From: an uncultured Gaiellaceae bacterium
GTDB lineage: Bacteria; Actinomycetota; Thermoleophilia; Gaiellales; Gaiellaceae
DNA length: 64,000 nucleotides
Reading direction: 5' to 3'
Assembly (NCBI GenBank): GCA_963794385.1
Contig: CAWCDT010000002.1
Location: forward strand, 160,596-224,595
In this document: positions 58,252 through 64,000 of the stretch, one piece after another
How the letters are laid out: every line of letters begins with the position of its first letter
How positions within the stretch are numbered: the stretch's first letter is position 1
Notes under the pieces: model-generated
Seen by the model: only the letters and a program-made list of their open reading frames with translations
Databases searched by the model: none
What the model was told of the DNA's origin: nothing
Made by a program: the position numbers and the translations under genes

Positions 58252-59436
58252 ATGATCGCCTGTTTGCTCATTCCCGGCTTCGAGTTGCGCGCAGCGCTGC
58301 GGGAGAAGCCGAGGCTGGCGCTCGAGCCCGCCGCGCTCGCGCCGCTGCCGGGCACGGAGCCGCTCGTCGGCCCGGTCACCGCCGCCGCCGAGCTGGCGGG
58401 CGTGCAGCCGGGGATGCGAATGGGAGAGGCGCTCGCGATGTGCCCGCGGCTCGTGCTCGTCGAGCAGGATCCGGGAGCGGTCGAGCGCGAGTGGGAGGGA
58501 GTGCTGCGTCGGCTCGAGGACTCCGGCTTCGCGGTCGATCCCGAAGAGCCGGGCCGCGTCTACTTCGAGACGAAGGGAGTCGAGCGGCTGTACGGAGGCC
58601 TGGTGCCGGCGCTCGAGCGGGCGCTCGCCTCGGTCGGGGCTGCCTGGGATCCGCGCGTCGGCGCCGCGCAGCGCCGGTTCGCCGCTCTCGCGGCGGCGAG
58701 CGTCGCGCGTCTCGGGCAGGCGCTCGTCGTGTCGGCCGGCAACGAGGAGGACTTCCTGGCGCCTCTGCCGCTCTCGCTCCTGCCGCTCCCGGCCGATCGC
58801 TACGCGGAGCTGGAGGGCCTGGGCGTGCGCCGGCTTGGGGAGCTGGCCGCCCTGCCCGGGGGAGCAGTCGCGGAGCGGCTCGGCCGGGAGGGCCGGCAGG
58901 CGTGGGGGCTTGCGCGCGGCGGGGAGAAGGGCCGCGTGCACGGGCGGCGGCAGGCGGCCGAGCTCGCCGAGGCGCTCGAGTTTCCGGAGGCGGTCGGGAA
59001 CGAGCTGACGCTCCGGCGCGCGTTCGGGGCGCTGCTCGACCGGCTGCTGGCGCGGCCGGAGCGGGCGGGGCGGCCGCTGCGGAAGGCGGCGCTCTCGGCG
59101 CGGCTCGTCGGCGGTGGCTCCTGGCGGCGGACCGTGACCTTGCGTGAGCCGACGGCCGAGCGGCCGCGGCTTCGCGCGGCTCTGGGGCCCAAGTTGCTCG
59201 AGATCCCGGGGCCCGTCCTCGAGTTGCGCCTGGAGGCGGTCGAGCTCTCGGCCTCGGTCGGGCAGCAGCTGGAGCTCGTCAAGCCGGTCGGCGACGAGCT
59301 GAACGCGCGCCTGAGCGACGGGTTGCGCCAGGTGCGCGCGAGCACCGGCTCCGGCTCGGTCGTCGCGGTCGTGGAGGTGGCGCCGTGGTCGCGGATTCCC
59401 GAATCCAGGGCGCTGTTCGTTCCTCGAGACGAATGA
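58252..59436 (+). CDS. imuB: ImuB, a Y-family DNA polymerase-like mutasome subunit
   Basis: 394 aa. MIACLLIPGFELRAAL starts like the ImuB/DinB palm but lacks the acidic catalytic DxxxFxxxxE pattern. It is preceded by LexA boxes and dnaE2 lies downstream. Confidence 0.82.
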   Translation: MIACLLIPGFELRAALREKPRLALEPAALAPLPGTEPLVGPVTAAAELAGVQPGMRMGEALAMCPRLVLVEQDPGAVEREWEGVLRRLEDSGFAVDPEEPGRVYFETKGVERLYGGLVPALERALASVGAAWDPRVGAAQRRFAALAAASVARLGQALVVSAGNEEDFLAPLPLSLLPLPADRYAELEGLGVRRLGELAALPGGAVAERLGREGRQAWGLARGGEKGRVHGRRQAAELAEALEFPEAVGNELTLRRAFGALLDRLLARPERAGRPLRKAALSARLVGGGSWRRTVTLREPTAERPRLRAALGPKLLEIPGPVLELRLEAVELSASVGQQLELVKPVGDELNARLSDGLRQVRASTGSGSVVAVVEVAPWSRIPESRALFVPRDE

Positions 59437-59526
59437 CATCGAGAAAAGACCCCGTGGCCGGAGGGCGATTCATTCGCCCGCAGGCTCGGAGCGAATCCAG
59501 CGCGGCCTACGCAGAAGGAGGGGGCC

Positions 59527-59553
59527 CACGGGGGAACCATGGGTTCCCCCGTG
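59527..59553. other. perfect 12-bp-stem hairpin, CACGGGGGAACC-ATG-GGTTCCCCCGTG
   Basis: Read directly in the 158-nt gap between imuB and the next small gene. No U-tract follows. Confidence 0.8.
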
Positions 59554-59594
59554 CTAGTACCGCGGGACGAATAAACGCTCCACGACCGGCGTTG

Positions 59595-59798
59595 GTGGAA
59601 GCCAGTCCGGTCGGCGTGCCCGTGCGGGTGAATCGCGAGACGGTCGCGCTCGTGCGGGAGGAGTGGCGGGTCGTCGACCGCTGGTGGACGGAGGAGCCGC
59701 TCGACCGCCGCTACTTCGACCTCGTGCTCGAGTCGGGCCGGAACGCGTGCGTCTTCCGCGACGAGGAAGCCGGATGCTGGTTCTCTCAGCGCGCGTGA
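59595..59798 (+). CDS. small imuB-associated protein (I believe the DUF6504 type)
   Basis: VPVRVNRETVALVREEWRVVDRWWTEEPLDRRYFDLVLESGRNACVFRDEEAGCWF has the W-rich motif seen in the short ORF or C-terminal module accompanying imuB. I chose the GTG at 59595 (TTG at 59592 is also possible). The upstream part of ORF 59385..59798 looks non-coding. Confidence 0.55.
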   Translation: MEASPVGVPVRVNRETVALVREEWRVVDRWWTEEPLDRRYFDLVLESGRNACVFRDEEAGCWFSQRA

Positions 59799-59804
59799 GC
59801 GATG

Positions 59805-59827
59805 CCAAGTAACAGACTGTTACTTGG
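59805..59827. repeat. AT-rich palindrome, copy 4 (CCAAGTAACAG-A-CTGTTACTTGG)
   Basis: Read directly. It starts 7 nt after the stop of the small imuB-associated gene and contains the stop (reverse TAA, 59820-59822) of the TfoX-like gene. Confidence 0.95.
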
Positions 59828-60137
59828 GACGGAGGGCGTGCTCGGCGAACGACTCCCACTCCGCAGCGTGCGCCTCCGGTACGACCACCCACTCCTTGAA
59901 CGGCCGCCCCTTCCCGGAGGGGTCGAAGAGGTGCGCGCCATCGAGCGCCAGCGCGCGGGCATGCGCGTCGGGGTCGGGGAGCTTGAAGGTCATGGCGCCG
60001 TCGCTCCGCGAGAAGCCGATCACCATCTTCCCGCCCCGCTTCACGCAAGGCATGCCCATCATCTGCGACGGCTCGACGTCGTCGTTCCGGGCGCAGAGGT
60101 CGTCGACGAGCTCCTCGTAGCGCTGCCGCGCGTCCAC
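59820..60137 (-). CDS. TfoX N-terminal domain-like protein
   Basis: 105 aa and intact. MMGMPCVKRGGKMVIGFSRSDGAMTFKLP...FKEWVVVP fits the TfoX_N pattern (MFGG.. / ..LK.. / ..Y..VP). Confidence 0.55.
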   Translation of the reverse strand: MDARQRYEELVDDLCARNDDVEPSQMMGMPCVKRGGKMVIGFSRSDGAMTFKLPDPDAHARALALDGAHLFDPSGKGRPFKEWVVVPEAHAAEWESFAEHALRPK

Positions 60138-60157
60138 GCGCCGAGTCTACGCCTGGA

Positions 60158-60808
60158 TCACGAGCTGTGTGCGGGCGTCTCAGCCGTCGGAGGCTGCTCG
60201 GAGAAGTCTGCGCAGACGAGATCGAGACGCAGGCCGACGGACAGGCCGAGCTCGCGGAGCTCCTCGGGCTCGTAGAGACGCAGTGGAACGAATCCCGACT
60301 GCGATCCGTGTAGTAGAGCGTCGTTCGCAGGCGGTTCCCTCGATGCGCCTGCTCTCACTCACGCCGCGGTTGTCTCCTCGGCCCTGGTGCGTGCGGAAGA
60401 ACGCAGGGGTGTAGAGATCGAGCACGAGTGTGTCTTTGTCTTTGCACCCATCGACGCGAAGACGTCGGCGTTCGTCTCGTAGTCGAACGAGCGGAAGCTG
60501 GCCCACATGCAGATCACGGCAGAGAACGAGCGCGAAACCTCATCCAGCCGCCGCACGTCGACCTCGTGGACATCGACGCCGCAGGCACGCGCTTCGGCGG
60601 CGACAGAGGGGTCGCGCTCGACTGCGGTCACGCGATACGAGTGCCTCGCGAGCGCTTGCGCGTGTCGGCCGAAGCCGCAGGGAACGTCGAGAACCGTAGA
60701 CGGAGGCGATGGCAGCACCCGGAAGAGGAAGTCGACCTCGCGCGCAGTCTCCGCAGAGTCGCGTCGTCAGAACGTCGCGAACCATGCCGGCGAGAAGGTC
60801 GGCTCCAC
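60158..60808 (-). pseudogene. class I SAM-dependent methyltransferase, decayed (one in-frame TGA and two frameshifts)
   Basis: From the GTG at 60808 the gene reads VEPTFSPAWFATF, then an in-frame TGA (60767-60769). It continues RRDSAETAREVDFLFRVLPSPPSTVLDVPCGFGRHAQALA...VICMW. The frame changes near 60430 (DTLVLDLYTPAFF) and again near 60350 (RLYEPEELRELGLSVGL). Confidence 0.72.
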
Positions 60809-60817
60809 GACGTCGAG

Positions 60818-61636
60818 CTAGGCGGGCTCCTGGTGGAAAGCCGCCCGTGCCGCCGCGAGCTCTCCTCGTCGCGGGCGGCGTGGAGTGCGCGGACGAAGTC
60901 GCGGAAGCCGCAGGTCGGCGCGTGGACGTTCAGGAAACGCGCCTCCTCGGACGCGGTGGGCGCGAACGTGTGCGGCACGTTAGGCGGCACCTGCACACAA
61001 GAGCTGGCGGTGGCGCGCAGCTGCTGACCGCCGGCCGTGACCTCGAGCGCACGGCGAGGACGTAGATACGATCGGGTGAGCCGGTTCAGATGCCTTGGCA
61101 GCCGGCTCGTCCCTCACCTCGATTCGAATCTCGTCCCGTCGACGTCAGCGAGCAGGCCCCTCACCGACGCTGACGATCGGCGAGTACTCGCCGTCCGGTC
61201 CATCGGCCGGGTCGGCCGCCGTCCGCAGGCGGATCCTCGGAGTCGAAGCCGGGCGTCACACCGCGCAGGTAGTCGGCGAAGCCGCCGCCGGGAGCGTGGA
61301 AGTTGAGGTAGCGCACTTCCGCATCGCTCCCGTTGCGGAAGCCGTGGACGACGAGCGGCGGCGCAAGCACGAGCGATCCGGCTGGAAGAACGGTCTCGCG
61401 CCGCTCGGGGCCGACCAGGACCGTCAGCTCGCCCGCGAGGACGAAGAAGAGATCGCTGTGGTTGCGGTGCACATGCGGGCTCGCACCGTCGAGGCCGGCG
61501 CCCATTCGAGACCACGGGCGCACAGCTCATCGTGGTCGCAGAGAATCTCGAGCCGCCGGTTCTCGGAGTCGCGAACGACCTCGCCCTCGCCGGGGCGTAG
61601 GAGGAGCGGTTGGGCTACGTCGAGCTCCATTGCCAT
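60818..61636 (-). pseudogene. bicupin protein gene, heavily decayed (at least 7 frame changes)
   Basis: Two cupin halves can be assembled only by hopping frames. The first half is MAMELDVAQPLLLRPGEGEVVRDSENRRLEILCDHDEL / RMGAGLDGASPHVHRNHSDLFFVLAGELTV...YLNFHAPGGGFADYL. The second half is LLADVDGTRFE / IRIEVRDEP / DRIYVLA / LEVTAGGQQL...VPPNVPHTF...FLNVHAPTCGFRDFVRALHAARDEE / ELAAARAAFHQEPA, ending at the stop at 60818. Confidence 0.6.
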
Positions 61637-64000
61637 TCAGCGTATTCCTTTCTCGACGGGGCATCGCATCCCGAGGAGCTCGCCCTGCAGGCCGCCGAGC
61701 TCGGCTACGAGGCGCTCGCGCTCACCGACCACGAGGGGGTCTACGGCTCGCTCGAGCTCGCGCACGCGGCCAAGCTCCTCGGCGTCCGCGCGATCACCGG
61801 CGCCGAGGTGACGCTGGACGGCGGTTCTCACGTGACGCTCCTGGTCGAGTCGCCGCAGGGTTACGCGAACCTCTGTCGGCTCCTCACGGCCGCGCACGCG
61901 CACACACGGCCGAAGGAAGGGGAATTGTTGTCGCCGGCCCTCGACCCAGGGCTCCTCGCGGAGCTGAACGAGGGGCTCGTCTGCCTCTCCGGCTGCGCCC
62001 GGCAGGGGCTCGGCGTTCGCGACCCGAACGCCGCCGTGACGCTCGCCCGCGCGTTCGGACCGGAGCGCTTCTATGTCGAGCTGCAACGGCCGTTCGAGCG
62101 CGGCGACGCGCGCCGGAACGTGCTCCTGCGCGACCTCGCCGAGCACGCGGGGGTGCAGACAGTGGTCACCGGCAACGTCCACGCCCACCATCAGCGCCGG
62201 ACGGCGCTCCAGGACGTGCTCGTCGCGATCCGCCACCGCGCCTCGCTCGAGTCGTGCGAGGCGGAGCGGCGCGGGAACCGCGAGTGCATCCTGCGCGCGC
62301 CGGCGGAGATGCTCGAGCTCTTTCCGGACGATCGCGACGCCGTCCTGCGCACGGGGGAGGTGGCGGCGCGGCTCGAGTTCGACCTGACCGCGGAGCTCGG
62401 CTACCGCTACCCCGACTTCGCCGACGGGGAGGAGCCGGCGATCCGCCGCCTCGCCCAGGTCTGTGAGGACGCGTTCTCGGAGCGCTACCCGCCAAGTAAC
62501 AGACTGTTACTTGGCGCCGCTCGGGCACGGCTCGAGCAGGAGCTCAAGCTGATCGACGTGCTCGGGCTGGCCGGCTTCTTCCTCCTCCACTGGGAGGTGC
62601 TCGAGCTGGCGCGGGAGCTCGCGAACGGGATCCGCGGGCCCGGCTCGCCGCGCCGCTTCTTGCCGCCCGGGCGGGGGCGCGGCTCGTCGGTCGGCTCGAT
62701 CGTCTGCTACCTGACCGGCCTCTCGCACGTCGATCCGGTCGCGCAGAACCTCTCGCTCGGCCGCTTCCTGAACCGGGAGCTCGCCTCGGTCCCGGACATC
62801 GACCTCGACTTCCCGCGCGACATCCGGGAGCAGCTGATCGTCGCCGTCACTGAGCGCTACGGCCGCGAGCACGCCTCGCTCGTCGCGAGCTTCTCCACCT
62901 ACCGCGCCCGCGGCGCGATTCGCGATGTCGGCAAGGCGCTAGGGCTCCCGTTCGCCGAGCTGGAGCGGCTGGCGCGCGTCTCGGACGGCTGGAACGCGAA
63001 GAAGGTCGCCGACGAGCTCGCGCTCTTGCCCGAGGCGGAGCGGCGGCTGCTCTCCCCGCGCTGGCGTGCGTTCGCGGAGCTGACCAGAGAGATCGCGGGG
63101 TTGCCGCGGCACATCTCGCAGCATCCCGGCGGGATGGTGATCTCGTCGCGTCCCCTCATCGAGCTCGTGCCGGTGCAGCCAGCAGCGATGGCCGGCCGCC
63201 AGCTCTGCCAGTGGGACAAGGACTCGTGCTCCGACGCCGGCTTCCTCAAGATCGACCTGCTGGGGCTGGGAATGCTCTCCGCGGTCGAGGACTGCGTCGA
63301 GCAGATCGCCGAGGTCTACGGCGAGCCGATCGACCTGACCCGGATCCCACTCGACGACCCGGACGTCTACGCCGAGATCCAGCGCGCCGACACGATCGGC
63401 GACTTCCAGATCGAGAGCCGCGCGCAGATGCAGAGCCTGCTTCGGACGAAGCCGGAGAACCTCGACGACCTGACCGTGCAGGTCGCGCTCGTCCGGCCGG
63501 GGCCGATCCAGGGCAAGGCCGTTCACCCCTACATCGACGCGCGCGAGCGGCTCCGAGTCGACCCGGGCTACGTGCCCCCGGTCGACCACGAGCTCCTTCG
63601 GGAACCGCTCCGCGAGACGCACGGCGTCGTCGTCTTCCAGGACCAGGTGCTCGACGTGGCGATGGTGCTCGCCGGCTTCACGATCGGCGAGGCGGAGGGG
63701 CTACGCCGCGCGATGAGCAGGAAGCGGAGTGAGGAGGCGATCGAGGCGTACCGGGAGCGGTTCATCGAGGGCGCTGCGGCGAACGGCGTCGATGCGGAGA
63801 CGGCCGACGAGGTCTACGACAAGCTGGCGGGGTTCTCCGGCTTCGGCTTCCCGAAGTCGCACGCGGCCGCCTTCGGCCTCCTGGCCTACCAGTCGGCCTG
63901 GCTGCGCCACCACTATCCCGCGGAGTTCCTCTGCTCGCTCCTCAACGCCCAGCCGATGGGCTTCTACCCGCCCTCTTCGCTCGTTCGGGACGCGCAGAGA
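61610..64000 (+). CDS. dnaE2: error-prone DNA polymerase III alpha subunit DnaE2 (ImuC), 5' part; continues beyond the window
   Basis: TTG at 61610, preceded by an in-frame TAG and by GGAGGAG 4 nt upstream. It has the PHP domain MGYVELHCHSAYSFLDGASHPEEL...LTDHEG and the palm/fingers motifs IDLDFP, HPGGMVIS, KIDLLGLGMLS and FPKSHAAAF. The frame is open to base 64000. It is absent from the ORF track because no stop falls inside the window. Confidence 0.92.
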   Translation, partial: MGYVELHCHSAYSFLDGASHPEELALQAAELGYEALALTDHEGVYGSLELAHAAKLLGVRAITGAEVTLDGGSHVTLLVESPQGYANLCRLLTAAHAHTRPKEGELLSPALDPGLLAELNEGLVCLSGCARQGLGVRDPNAAVTLARAFGPERFYVELQRPFERGDARRNVLLRDLAEHAGVQTVVTGNVHAHHQRRTALQDVLVAIRHRASLESCEAERRGNRECILRAPAEMLELFPDDRDAVLRTGEVAARLEFDLTAELGYRYPDFADGEEPAIRRLAQVCEDAFSERYPPSNRLLLGAARARLEQELKLIDVLGLAGFFLLHWEVLELARELANGIRGPGSPRRFLPPGRGRGSSVGSIVCYLTGLSHVDPVAQNLSLGRFLNRELASVPDIDLDFPRDIREQLIVAVTERYGREHASLVASFSTYRARGAIRDVGKALGLPFAELERLARVSDGWNAKKVADELALLPEAERRLLSPRWRAFAELTREIAGLPRHISQHPGGMVISSRPLIELVPVQPAAMAGRQLCQWDKDSCSDAGFLKIDLLGLGMLSAVEDCVEQIAEVYGEPIDLTRIPLDDPDVYAEIQRADTIGDFQIESRAQMQSLLRTKPENLDDLTVQVALVRPGPIQGKAVHPYIDARERLRVDPGYVPPVDHELLREPLRETHGVVVFQDQVLDVAMVLAGFTIGEAEGLRRAMSRKRSEEAIEAYRERFIEGAAANGVDAETADEVYDKLAGFSGFGFPKSHAAAFGLLAYQSAWLRHHYPAEFLCSLLNAQPMGFYPPSSLVRDAQR
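62490..62516. repeat. AT-rich palindrome, copy 5 (CGCCAAGTAACAG-A-CTGTTACTTGGCG), inside dnaE2
   Basis: Read directly. In the dnaE2 frame it reads P-P-S-N-R-L-L-L-G without a stop. Confidence 0.95.

Noticed and set aside
57716-58379. Small ORFs in the gap upstream of imuB (57716..58255, 57898..58146, 58046..58243 on the reverse strand, 58143..58379 on the reverse strand), considered as a possible imuA/imuA' gene.
   Set aside because: Their translations are Arg/Pro/Gly-rich with no RecA-like or ImuA motifs. They overlap each other and the promoter and LexA boxes. I treat them as non-coding.

Overview
This is a high-GC bacterial chromosomal core segment; almost every third codon position is G/C. 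Gene content and order look like an Actinomycetota-type Gram-positive: steA/steB before pyrG, imuB...dnaE2, and the old efp-accBC-asp23-nusB-ispA-tlyA-nadK-recN string. I count about 65 protein genes, mostly on the + strand. They include hutU/hutI, hisS, aspS, mnmA, a group-3 sigma factor, alaS, ruvX, mltG, aroE-aroC-aroK/B-aroQ, pepP, efp, a biotin carboxylase system and nusB. They also include a polyprenyl synthase, tlyA, nadK, recN, pyrG, ald, deoB-pdp-mutM, recO, glyQS, PDRP and PPDK, a rhomboid, MoxR-DUF58-VWA, and a LexA-box-controlled imuB...dnaE2 mutasome locus. I recognised no rRNA, tRNA, CRISPR array, transposase or integrase. Items worth a second look: (1) An AT-rich 23-bp perfect palindrome, CCAAGTAACAG-W-CTGTTACTTGG, occurs five times. 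It donates the Lys-stop codons of six genes, sits in frame inside dnaE2, and coincides with reverse-strand gene blocks that interrupt conserved gene strings. (2) The imuB/dnaE2 cassette has tandem LexA boxes on a near-leaderless promoter. It is split by a 1.8-kb antisense block whose methyltransferase and bicupin genes are heavily decayed. (3) pdp runs into mutM with no stop codon, although Fpg needs a free N-terminal proline. (4) At least 12 single extra-base frameshifts hit otherwise intact housekeeping genes, four of them in alaS; this looks like systematic assembly error but needs checking. (5) The gene in the AccB position carries a carboxyltransferase domain in which all four metal ligands are replaced. 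I see no classic defence or mobile system. The palindrome family is my best candidate for something undescribed.
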